Assembly (NCBI RefSeq): GCF_018977255.1
Contig: NW_024704746.1
Coordinates: 46,128,001-46,192,000 of the forward strand
Source: Callorhinchus milii
Taxonomy: Eukaryota
Length of the DNA: 64,000 bases
Direction: 5' to 3'
The notes below the pieces were generated by a model. That model was given only the letters and a program-made list of their open reading frames with translations, was not told where the DNA came from and did no database searches. Every line of letters begins with the position of its first letter. Position 1 is the first letter of the stretch. The translations under genes and the position numbers were made by a program. Below are positions 1 to 12,286 of this stretch, in pieces.

Positions 1-451
1 TTCAAAGGGCTGGTCCCGTGATCATATTATAATCTACAATAATTATCCTTGCACTTGATATTGCACCTTGTATGTCACTGAAATATCTTAAAACACTTTA
101 CAGGATTTACTAAAGAGTGCAGTTAATTGTGTATTTTGTAGGTGAATGTGGTAGCCACTTTGCATACACCAGTGACCCACAAAACAGCCTTGAGATGAAA
201 ATGACCAATTTTACCTGGGGGATTGTTGGCCAGGATACTGGCAAAACAGTACGTCCTCAACACTGCACTGGAATATCAGCCTAGAGTATAAAGTCTGAAT
301 ATTATTCACTCTTTTCAACTCTCCTATCACCTCCTTTTCAACTCACAATATCTTGTGGAATCACCTACACAGGAAAAGGGTGCAAAAAGGATTTTGTATA
401 CTGAGAATTTAAACAAGGACTCACACATATATCATCGTAACATAGATTTGT

Positions 452-680
452 GGAGAAATTCCATCTAGATCAAGATTTATGCAATTTTATTTGTATTTCG
501 ACATGTGCAGAATTTGGCAAAGTGTTGATATTTGTCTTACGTTTCACACTTGTTTTCCATAGATCTTAAAAGAAAATCGGTTTCAAAATTAACCTTGTAT
601 TTAAGAATGCGCCAAATTCTGAACATTCTGAACTATTAAGGAAATAGAGTAAATCAAGACCCAGGTAGGATTTCTATCCA
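452..680. repeat. Degenerate inverted repeat / MITE-like hairpin
   Basis: atgtgcagaatttggc (503-518) versus gccaaattctgaacat (611-626) are 15/16 complementary; the outer arms gaaattccatctagatc and gacccaggtaggatttc also pair. Confidence 0.6.
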
Positions 681-1371
681 TTTTGTCTCCAATTTTATCT
701 TGACATGGAAGGCCTAAACCGATTAAATGTGTTATTGTTGCGGAATTTACTTCAGAACATTAACTTGTAATTTGTAGCGTGGTTTATAGTAATAATAATG
801 ATAATACTTGCATTTGATATAGTGCCTTATCAGGTCTCTGAGAAGTCTCAACAGGCTTCACAGAATATACTGTAAAATGAATTGACTGTAATTTGGGGCT
901 AAATATTTAACTAAAAAAGCATTACAGTTTTGTTTCAAATCACTGCACTGTTGTCTCACTTGCCTACACTAGAAAACCTAGTTCAAACAGTCACATAATC
1001 CCAAAACACTCACACCAATTTGATTTATGAATTCAAGCATCCAGTGCATTTCTCATTCCAATTATAGTTAGCATGGAATCGAAGGCTGAAGCAAGTTATA
1101 TCTCGTCCAGATTTTCTTTTGAAACAGTCGCCCCTCCCCCCTCTAGAATGCTGGGCTCAGGAGCCATACAGCAACATGTTATAACAAGGGACGTGTTATG
1201 CAGAAGACCTTTTCATGAGATTTACAGTAACGCTTTATGAATCACAAGTGGCACTGCTAGAAAGGTCTTGCAACATGACTGCATGTGCCTAGTGATCCTC
1301 ACACGATCCTTACTCTGGTCTTTAAAACTCTTCATGCCCTGGCAGTTGCCTAAATCTAAGACCCAATGCAT

Positions 1372-1655
1372 TACCCGCTGCCTCTACTCGACTGGCTCTG
1401 GCCTCCTGCTTGTCCCTCGTGCTCTCCTTTCCACCATTACTGGCCGCATGCCCCGAAATTCTGGAGCTCTCCCTCAATCCCTCCACTTTGTCCCATCCTT
1501 CCCCATCTGCATCAAGGATGAAGCCCTCCTTTTTCGACCATGCCTACGATCATCTCTCCCCTCAGCATCACGCTCTGCCACAGTCAAGTGCTCTGGACAC
1601 TGTGTCAGGGGTCCTATATCAACACAAGTTGTTGTAAAAGCAAGTTGCTGTTGCA
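1372..1655 (+). mobile_element. L2 3' tail fragment
   Basis: Homologous to the tails at 18486, 29553 and 47615 (tcgactggctctggcc...tttcgaccatgcctac...gttgttg). Confidence 0.75.
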
Positions 1656-3706
1656 CCTCAACCCTCTCCTACTAAGTCTGCCAGCAGACACTCACTTGTT
1701 TCAAGCTGTTCTATTTTTTACCAAGTTGCTCCTGTCATGACAACATCTTTATTTTGGTTATTTTGGATCCCCGCCTCTTTCCTGAGGACGTCCCCTTTTC
1801 CACCTTGCTGTTCTCTATTTCTAAATCGTTTTATAGTGCACCCGGTCCTTTTTCTGTCTTGAAAAAATAAGGCACCAAGAATACATACCAAACTGCTAAC
1901 CAAGCTAACCTGAAACAAATGTCATCACTAGATTACAAATCATCTGACCACCCAAGGTCTGTCTTGTGGTTTTTTTTTGTTAATCAGAAAGCAATCCATA
2001 AATATTGTGAATTGTGTTGAGCATCGCGGTGCATGAAAATGCCTTTTATTACATTGTCAAAACAAAGTTTTCAATATGATTGGCATCAAGAGTGAAAAAT
2101 GTTTTTATTATTCACTGGCAAATAATAGTTATAGGATAATATTCTACAGGGGTATCAACAATCAATGGCACAGTAATCAGTGGGATCAGGGGGTAACAAA
2201 ACAGTGATCATTGTCCATTGGTGCCTGGAAGTACAGGCAACATTTTTTCCCCCTTTGCCAAATTTCCCTTTCATTGAACCAAGGCATGCCAGCACCAGAA
2301 AAAGGAGCAATTTCAGATTTTAGGAGCCATCGAGCACTGTCAGGTTAAATTTCACTTGGCTGCAGGCTGAGTAAGCTCCCAGCCAACATCCAGGCACATT
2401 TTGGAGTTTTAAAAATAATAATAATAGAAATTGCACTTAGTAAAAAACCTTAAATAATTCAGGTGAATCAGAAATAATTGCTGTTTCCAAGTTGTGACTT
2501 CTTCCTGGCCGCTCTCCGAGGAAAGTGTGAACAGGCCAGCAGTACCACAAGACCACTGCTGTTTTGCCTAGAAGTCAGAGCACATCACAGCTCTGCCTAT
2601 CCCAGCGCAGTAGAATATTGCAGCAGATAGTTTGCAACTAGCTGGGTGGTCTTACTGGTGTAAAAACCCTTCATGTAAATGTTGGCATTCCCTGGTAATA
2701 ATACACTATCAGATCCAAACATCCTTTATTTATTCATGGATATTCAGCCACAATGCTGGATGGTAAATACAGTCTTCGTTCTTTTAATCACTGTTCACTT
2801 ACAAATGCAAGACTGTTTGGTAACAGATATGAAGTCACTACTCATTAGCTTTCAAGATACAGTATTGAACTGGTACCACTCAGTGAAGGTTATCAGCCAC
2901 TAATCTACGGCTACTGGATATAAAACCGTGCATTACTCATCACTTGGTCCAGATTACAGTTTGTAATTTTATTATAGCATCTTGTAAACTGGACCAATTA
3001 GTTTAAATCTCACTCTTGCTAAGAAGAGATTGCCACCAAGGCAATTAACTTTCCTTCAGGACCATCTGTCCTGCAAACCAAAGATACTAAATGCAAACAA
3101 AATGCTCATTATTTGAAATAGCACCAGGCAATGAAGTCTGTACAGAGGCTTTCGATAGGATCAATTTTTAATTGTTTAAACAGAACACTCTTAAGAGGAT
3201 CATACTGTGTTTTTTGGTTATCTGCATTCAAAGGCCACCAAATCCTGTTGGGGAGGGTAGTGATAAAGATAATGGCTTGATACAGTTTTATCCAATTGCA
3301 ACCAGCCAGTCAACAAGATGGATCCATAACTGGGTCATTTTCATGTGTTGGAACTGAGTGATTATCTTCAGGTAATTTTGTTCTAACACTTGTGAAAGTA
3401 CTGTAACTATTGCCAAATATATTTTTTGGGGGAAAAAGGTTCATATTACAAAGCAGATTTCACCAAAGTTGAAAAGATTTATGAATTTATAAATAGCTGG
3501 TAAATAATTGGAACTCTTGCATATTGAATATTGTACTTTCACTGCCTTGACTGCAAATCAATAGCACCGGTTGTATTCAATTGCAAGAGTCTCATTTCTG
3601 CAGCAAATATTAAAATACTATTCTTCCAAAATATCAATGTGTGGCCTCTTTTTACTCACAATACTAAAAACAGCTTTGCCAAAAACTTCTTAGTTAAGTT
3701 TCTCAC

Positions 3707-3876
3707 CTTGTCTTGATTTGTCTTGTTACCATAACAAAGATTTCCTATAAGACGGATCAAATGGGCTTTAAAGCCCATAGCAGGATGAGTGATGGTGTCT
3801 GTGACTGCTGACGACTGGGATGCACTGAAGATGTTCCTATTTTGCTTTCCTGCAAGGTGCGTCCGACGCAAAAGTT
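3707..3876 (-). CDS. ATXN10: ATXN10 exon 9 (ELLRRTHLAGK...GFKAHLIRLIGNLCYGNKTNQDK), start of the Ataxin-10 domain
   Basis: Acceptor ctgtctgttgcag, donor gtgaga; 170 nt; diagnostic GFKxHLIRLIGNLCY motif. Confidence 0.97.
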
Positions 3877-5081
3877 CTGCAACAGACAGAAGCGAAGGAA
3901 GAATGAAAACGATAAAATTGTGACAATTTCCACCTCCCTGCAAGTGGTATAATCCATTTTGAACAAAATGTTTTACAATTATTCCTAAAGTTACACTGAC
4001 CATAAAAAGCATTCATTATGCGTTGGTACAGTATCATGAAAGTTAAGTGGGCTGAGATTAAGGGGCTGGGATAAGGGAGGTGAAGCAGATGCTTCTCACT
4101 TCTGGGATTTGATTTTGAACCCAGTCCTAAATGACGGAATGCAAGTCTTAAATTAATTGGCAGTCTCAATATAGTTGCTTCAGTTCTTTGTCGGGCACAG
4201 TGCTATAGCACAAAAGTATCCATAAATTGATGCCAAGTGGCCCTCACAGTTAAATAAGAGACAGCTGTGTCGGATGCTTTTTTTAAAAAAAGTTTTAAAT
4301 CATTTTGGATTTTGACCTCAGCAGCCCTTTGAATTGTATAACCACAGTGTGCAAATTTTGTGAAGTGTGTGTACAAGTAGCAAATGAAACCCTCATGGAT
4401 AAATAATTTTGGGGGAAAAAAAAGGCTTGGAAGCAGAGCTACGTAAGAAAACTATGAATAACTAGAACAAGCACTGGTGTTCAGTGATATGAATTGATCC
4501 TCACAAGATCAATTGATATCACTGAACTTCACTGTATTGGGAGTGAATTCTTCAAGACCATGGCGCATATAGTCAACTGGTCCCTCTCTTCCAGCACTAT
4601 TCCCCCATCGCATTCAAAACCACTTTACAAAACCACCTCCTTCTCAAGAAACCTTCAATTCCTCCAAATTCTCTAACTACAGGCCCACCCACAAACTGTC
4701 CTCCCTGTCCAAAGTACTGCGATGCATTGTTGCCACTGACATTTACTCCCACCTTTCTCTCCACTTTCTGCCAAGCTCCCCTTGCTCTTCCCATTCTCGG
4801 CATTGGTCACCAGCAGAGTACATCAGAGCTCCATCCTCAGTCTGCATCCTTTCTCCTCCTTCTCCCACCCCACACTTCTGTTCAACCCTCCGCTCAGCTA
4901 GCCTGTTGCACATCCCTGTCCTCTCTGTACCACCTTCGGTGACTGAGCCTTCAATTACTACATCAGCTATTATCTGGATGTCCCTCTCTCCTCCGTTTCT
5001 ACCTGTCTTTAAAAAAACCTAACCCTGCTTAATTAATTTCTCATAAACCCTCTTGTACTTCCAGTTTACTTTGGCACTTAC

Positions 5082-5190
5082 CTACAACAGTCTCCACCAA
5101 TCCAGGAGAGTTCTGCAAATGAATGAACTGATCATGGTTGGAAGTTGTTTCACAGAGAATATCAAGAAGCCGAATTACAATGAGTGCTTC
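5082..5190 (-). CDS. ATXN10: ATXN10 exon 8 (EALIVIRLLDILCETTSNHDQFIHLQNSPGLVETVV)
   Basis: Acceptor atttgcacag, donor gtaagt; 109 nt; IRLLDxLCE motif. Not present in the ORF track. Confidence 0.96.
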
Positions 5191-5890
5191 CTGTGCAAAT
5201 GACAAATAGATGTATTACTTTTTGGAATATTTTAAGGGCAGACAAAATACTCTCCCTTAAAAATAAAATAAAATAATGAGATGCAGTAACCAGCCCATCT
5301 GGACCAAATCACAAACACCAAACGAGAAGATTTTCGCAATTAAATATTATTAAACCGCTTATCAAATATAGTCTCCGAATTATTGATCAGTAACTTCAAA
5401 ATCAAAACAAGCTCACAGCAGCATGACCCACCAAAAGGATTTTTTTTTCTAATTCCAGTTGAAACCAAAAGTACTTGACTATTTTCACACGTAAATTCAG
5501 TGACTGAATTTCTGTCCGTGTCCAGTTAACTATGTTTTGAAGAAAACATTTCCCATATGTCCCAATTAAAAACAAAAGCAATATACTTTAGTATTCTTAA
5601 GCGGCTGAAATGACTACAGAAAACTCCTGTAGCTTAGCTTAACTTGTCACTACCACTGAAGTCATCATGCTGTCAATATCCCAGGTTCACTCCCAGGCAG
5701 CGCGAAACGTTAGGCAAGTTTCCTTACTCCACACACCTCTGTTTGTCCAGCAATAAATAGTTTGCAAGGATTATTATTATTGTTATTAAAAGCCATCATT
5801 ACAGTTTTTCTAAGACACAACGGCCAAGGTTATTGGTAATAATGATGACACAACGACACAGTCTGCAGAGTATCTGGTCAAGTCGGTATC

Positions 5891-6236
5891 ATAATAATCC
5901 TTGCATTTGATATAGAGCCTCATCACGTTGTTGAGATGTCTCAAAGGACTTCTTAGAATATACTGTAAAATGAATTGACTGTATATTGTTTGGGTGAAAC
6001 GCGGCAGGCAATCGTGCACAGCAGTGTCCCACAGTCGTGACCCAATTTTTTTGAGGGATTATTGCCTCCCGGAAAGCGATCCTCCATTGACTAACAAGTA
6101 GGGTTCCTACTTACTACTTGGTAAATAGAGGCGAGTGGAGTAAGAAAACTTGCCTAAGGTTTCGCCCCGCCCGGGTTCGAAGCCGCGTTCTCTTGTTTGC
6201 GAGGTGAGTGCTTTAACCAATGCACTACAGGACTCT
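5891..6236 (-). mobile_element. SINE family A
   Basis: Reverse-complement copy with head and (ATT)n tail. Confidence 0.85.
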
Positions 6237-8399
6237 ATTTCCATTCATGTCTTGAAGCATGTATGGACCTCCTCACTGTTACCCTGATCAGTATGGGGGA
6301 AAACAGACAAGCCATGCCAGTCTGCAGCTGCCAAAGCACAAAGCTTGCCAAATAGAAACTCACAACTTAAAGGATTATTTCCAACTCAAAGAATCAATTA
6401 TTTCCTGTCTTCAAAGAACATTATAAAATTCAAACTATTTTCGCTCTGCATCATTGTTACCTGGCTTCATTTCCTCCCCTCCCCCTGACCCCAATGATCC
6501 TGAATGAAAGTTGTAACAAATCTGGAACCCATTTTTGAAAGAAGCAAAAAAAGCTTTTCAGCACGGTTACACAACACTGCTTGGCTTCCTGCAAAGCACC
6601 TTCAGCATTGTAAGATGTAAAATGAGTATAACTGAAGTGATTAAATCAGATGTATTCAAGAGGAAACTAGACCTTCACATAGGGGTGTAAGGAATGGGTG
6701 AAGATTCGTGTGGAATATTAGCACTGACATGGCCTGGTTCGGCCGAGTGGCATGTTTCTTTACTGTACATTCTTCATAATCTTTGTACTCAAACTGGCAT
6801 TAGTTCAACACCATCATGAGGAGATCATCTCACACTGCTTCATACTCCACCAATAGATCACAACTGCACCCATGCAAAAACCTTTTCAAAGTTTAGAAAC
6901 GATCTTGAGAGGTTGGGAACTGGCTTATCAGATCTTTTTGATCACTGCAAATTCTCCAGTCAGGTATCTGTGGGCGGAGTTCTGTGGGTGCATTTAGGTT
7001 TGCCAGCACAAATACATTCTCTACCCTAACTGGAAGGCAGTAAGAACAGAATAAGAAAAGAAACAAGTTTGCAGAATTGGAGTGTTACTATAGCTTTGTA
7101 ACAGTAAGTTTACAGGAGCTGTCATTTCTGAACTATCAGTTATTAAACAAGCTCTCAATTTCAAGGTGGCCACCACACAAGAACCTTGTACACATCTTTT
7201 TGGCGTGCTTCCCTATGTTTTGCAAATGATGTATCTGCACCAGTTGCAACATGAACTGGAGTCTCCCCATTTCAGAATGCTTGGACAATATCTCCTTCCA
7301 TGTCTTATGACATGAAAGGGGATATTCAAAATAGTGGAAGAGACAAACGAATCCAGGGTGTTAACATCTTTGAGCAATTCAAAAGATAATCGTTGGAGTT
7401 TGTAAGTTTTGGGAGGACGGCTTAATTTCACCCTTCATTGGAGCGGTTTATTGGCATTTAAGGATGCAATTCCTCTCTTTTATTAAAATTATTCTAATTA
7501 AATCATATTTGATGCTCCCCTTGCCCCTTCCTTCCTCATCTTCAGATCGCAACTGAAGACCTTTCTCTTCGATCGTGCCTACGGTCAACTCCCCCTTCAC
7601 CCCGACTCGGCGTCTAACACCACCACTGTCAAGCGGTCTGGGACGCTAGACTGCGTGAGAGACGCTATATAAATGCAAGTTATTGTTTGTTGTTGTTATT
7701 TAAACGTAACAGCTCGTGATAGTGATGGTTAACCTACAAATATTTTACAAACAAGAGCAACAGCAGGTGATGAAGATTGTTTGGCAAATGTGTGTGCCTC
7801 ATATATATATATATATGAGGCGCTTTCTCTCTTCACATTCTAATAATAATAATTATTTTGTATTTTTCACATAAAATTAATCTTTCAAAGCATTTTCCAA
7901 AGTAGAATTGGTTGAAAATGCAGGCAATAAATAAGCATCGCTCAGCTGCATCAGTAAAGTTTCATAAAGAATAATGAGATGAGCAGACAATTTATTCGAA
8001 TTTGGCTTAGGAGAGGAACATAAACCAGGATAACTTGAAAAAATACTCCACCACAAATCTTTGAATTAGCAATGTAAATATTAACATTTGGAATGTATAT
8101 AATGTGAATATGTTCATCAGAGTAAAATGATACAATGAGCCTTCATAGCAAACCTAGCAAAAAAAATCCTGGTAAACTTTTGCATTTTACAAATAGTTGT
8201 TTGTTGCAAACACTGAAGGTAGTCTTTGAAATTGAACCACCAAAAAATAATCCTCTATTTGCAACTCAAAACAATGGTTACAAAAAATAAACACAGAACA
8301 AATGAAATGATGCCACTAAATCTCCCCTGATTTTCAGCATGAGATCTTGATGACAGCAAATGTCGACACTGATGAATGGAATCATTCCCACCGACTTAC

Positions 8400-8574
8400 C
8401 TCATCCTCCTCATCAATAGCAGATGCAAACCCCAGTACCGCCTTGCAGTTCTCCTTAAAGCACTCTGCCAGAAATTGTACTACCCTCATGGGCACACTCG
8501 CATCAGTGCTGGCTGTTACAGAGCTTGGCATCTTCTCATTTAACTTTGCAGTTATCAGATCCAGCAAGGTAATC
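8400..8574 (-). CDS. ATXN10: ATXN10 exon 7 (ITLLDLITAKL...CKAVLGFASAIDEEDE)
   Basis: Acceptor tttttccaaag, donor gtaagt; 175 nt; TLLDL and CK-VL-LAS-like motifs. Confidence 0.95.
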
Positions 8575-9097
8575 CTTTGGAAAAAGATTATGGATATCAG
8601 ACTGACCTTTGACTTGACTTTGCCTCTGGGAAATATCGCAGCAACACAATGCAAAATACTTTAATGTGATATTAAGCTGAAAATTGTACTCATAACAGAT
8701 TCAATTTGTGTAATCATCAGTGGAATAATACACATTGGACCAATATCAGAACTTTCTGGTATGCAGTGCACAGACACACAAAGATTTTTTTGTCACTATC
8801 AGTGGGACATTCAGTTCCACATATGAACCTAATAAAAATATGAATAAATATATTATTAGTGCAGGGTTATATCCCTTTACTTAACTGTTGCAGAGACACT
8901 GCACAATGTCCCAAAAGTTACAAGTTTATTATAATTTTTCACATTCATCACTTTAGATTCTTACTCTATCACCAGTTGGGATGGCCTTGCCTTTGACTGA
9001 CAGGATGAGACAGACTGAGTGACATCGATCTCCTATCTGTCATCAGCTGATGGGCAATGTGCGTGGACCTGACCCAAGCAACTTATTTTCCCCTTAC

Positions 9098-9178
9098 CTT
9101 TCTCGGTTGTTCAATTTAGTGTACACAGCAGCCACTACATCTGGACACTTCAGAAACTGGTCTGTCACAAGCAGACAC
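9098..9178 (-). CDS. ATXN10: ATXN10 exon 6 (CLLVTDQFLKCPDVVAAVYTKLNNRER)
   Basis: Acceptor cttctttcag, donor gtaagg; 81 nt; resembles human FLIITDLFLKSPELVQAMFPKLNNQER. Confidence 0.95.
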
Positions 9179-12118
9179 CTGAAAGAAGGGGTCACAAACA
9201 AATCTCTCGTTAGCTTTATATTGGAAAATATTATTTATCAACTTCAAGCAGCGCTTTTTAAATGACACCCCTCTGAGGTCCAACAGGTCACAAAGAGGCA
9301 ATACTATCATAATTATGGTTGATGACCGAACGGAAAAAAGGATATTTGGTTCACAGCGGAACCTGTGCAGCTTTGTGCAGATATGTGGAAGTGATTGAGA
9401 CTTTTTTTTGAATTAGTCAGATTTGATAATATTCCACAAAGGTTTAAGTTTATGATCTCTCGTCAACACGACAAAAGTAACATACACCCGTGTGAAGATC
9501 ATAATACCAGTTTGTTATAAAATCAGAGGTCACCTCACAGTTCATCAGTACTCCCACTGGCTTCTCAACAAGATTGTGGTGTAGGGCAGCGATCAGTACT
9601 CCTGACATTGGTATATCTCTGAGCACGAGCACAAACTGGGAAAGTCTTTGAAGCGATCTCTGGTCTGCACTGTGCTCAGCGGCCTCTGCCGGGTAATTAG
9701 TCATTACAATTAGCCTCAGCAACTGTGAGCAAAAGGAAAGCTACCAAATGTTACCTGCACATTGGTGAACCCTGTTGCAAGGGTGTTCGCAAGTGCTAAA
9801 ATGACCTTGCACTTTAATCCCAAATAATATAAACATATAAATTCAATTCAATTGAAATCAGAGACAGACATGCCAGCCAAATCATTGGGGGCCATATTAA
9901 ACTGACATACAATAAATCAGATGTCCAGCATGGAGGTCCTCCTAATACTTGACCATAATTAATCCTAATTAATATGTGAGAAGGAAAAAAATTTTTGTTC
10001 TTCTTCTGCTATTAATTTGATGGCAACAGAAGAAGCAAAGTACATTATAGAAGAGTGCAAAGTTCAACATGGTTCTTACCCTTACGTCAATAACAGCTGT
10101 TTATTTAATAAGGTGAATTTTAAAATCACAACTACCATCAGATTAATCAAGTAGCAGCTAGATTTTATGTAAAATAAGTGGAAAAAGTAACATACACCCG
10201 TGTGAAGATAACAATCTGTAATAGATACAACAAATTTTTTGATGCATCAATGTTTAAACAAAAACTCAAAAAAGAATGTTTTGTGCCCGTGTATACCATA
10301 ATTTAGATAAATGCACATCAATTTGAAAAAGATAATAATACCTTAATATGACTGAAACAGTAGCTTATTACATATATTCTACCACTATATTTTCTAGCCA
10401 AGTGGTGCTATAATTTTGCACTGGGCTGTTATCCAGACTTGGCACAATACAGGCTTTGTACCATTTTAAGGAAACTGAGTTGAAAATTGTCCAGGAAAAA
10501 AAAATACTGGTCACATCGGTGCCAAATGGCATCAGAGTCTTCCAGAACACAAAAAGAACTGGCTGTGTGGAGAAGTCATTTTTATCCTCAGCTTTCCTGC
10601 TGTCATTATTCACTTCAATAATGTACCTGAACTTACACAAATGGGTACTTCGACAAGCTTTCACCTTGACAACAATGCGCACTCCTGAACAGACACACTT
10701 TTTATGTTTAGCTTCACAAAAGAAGACGAATTATGAAAAAGGAAGAAAGGTAACTGAACACTTTAATTACCGAATATTAGAAGCCTAAATAGTCATATAA
10801 TATCCTAACCGTCAAATAATTTCTTTTTACTGGATTAGATTTAGCCAAAGAACGCTGTATTTATAAATTATTTTCCTCATTCTTTTAAAGCTTTTGTGTC
10901 ATCTGCATTCTTGCACTCTTAGCATTCTTTGTTCCAAAGGGCTTGTCTTTGTAACAAGAATTTTTTAAATGCAATTTTCATTCATCTTCTTTCTTCCAAA
11001 GATGATCTTCAAATGCATTTTTTGTTTGTTCTTAAATCGATTGAGTTTGGTGATGAGCTGTCTAACCACAGTACCATTGACCTTGGGACAGGCAAAATGA
11101 AGTGCACAATCATGAACCCCACTGCATTTACCATTGCATCATGTTGAGACTAGAAAAACAGATCATGGAAAGGAATGAGAAGCCTCAGTATTGACCATCT
11201 AAGTAGGAACCTGGTTGCTAGTCGGTTGGTGGGTTGCTTTCCTGGGGGTAATAATCCCTTCAAAAAAAAATAATTTGGTCACTCACTCCATGACTGTTTG
11301 TGGGACACTGCTGTGCGCAATTAGCTGCCGCGTTTCGCCCACAAAATACACAGTCACTATACTTTACAGCATATGCTATGAAGCTCTTTGAGATGTCTTG
11401 AAGACATGATAAGGCGCTATATCAAATGCAAGGATTATTATTATATTATTAACTATCCTCAACTCATCCTGTCAAGAGTAACAGGAGTGCTGCTTCATGA
11501 GGCAGTTTCAAAAATATATTTAAATGCACATTTTTGTTTGGCAAATTGTGGGGAGATTGAATGACAGATTCATTCTACCAAGTCGCCCAAATTAAGTCAC
11601 TGTTCTTTAATTGCAATTTTTTTAGATAGCAAGGTATTTTAAAAGAGAAAATGGAAATTTCTTTGCATGTAAATTCTCGCATTATCAGAATATGTAATAT
11701 ATAATAATCATCTTTTCATTTGATACCTCATCTTACCACATCACCAAGTGTCTCAACGCACTTCAAGTGTAGTGACTGTGTATTTGTAGCAGCCAATTTC
11801 GACACATTGTCCCACAAACAGCCACGAAGTGAATGATCAATTTTATAAATGTCTTGTAACAATATCTTAAGAGGCAATAAACACAGCAAATATAAAAAAA
11901 TTATATTTTTAGTTTTCACTTTTAAGTTTCTATTATTGTAGTAGTTATGGAAGTATTTATTCCTGATTATTTATTCAACTTGGGTCAAAATTAATAATAT
12001 AGTATAAGGCGTTTTGGAGACAGCATTGAAAATAATCCATACAGTCTTCAAAATTCTATGCATCTTCTCTTCAACTAAATAGACGAGAGGTTGTTAATGT
12101 CTCTCAGAGAATACATAC

Positions 12119-12286
12119 GCCCAGTCGAGCTCAGGTTCTGTCCTGCAGATGTTGACAACCGTTTTAACCAGTTCAATTCCTCTGTCGTGAGTCAGGAGAT
12201 CGTCTGTTCGCTCAGCACTGAGGCAGCTGAACAGCACCATACAGCAATAGGCAACGGCTTTCTCATCAGAACACTTCAGATAATTT
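12119..12286 (-). CDS. ATXN10: ATXN10 exon 5 (NYLKCSDEKAVAYCCMVLFSCL...ICRTEPELDW)
   Basis: Acceptor ctttctttccacag, donor gtatgt; 168 nt; resembles human HPDKKIVAYSSMILFTSL...HPESEW. Confidence 0.94.

Noticed and set aside
1-3706. SCA10-type (ATTCT)n repeat or ATXN10 exon 10 in intron 9
   Set aside because: No such array is visible, and the IPLI-like match near 2175 lacks the surrounding exon-10 sequence and splice sites.
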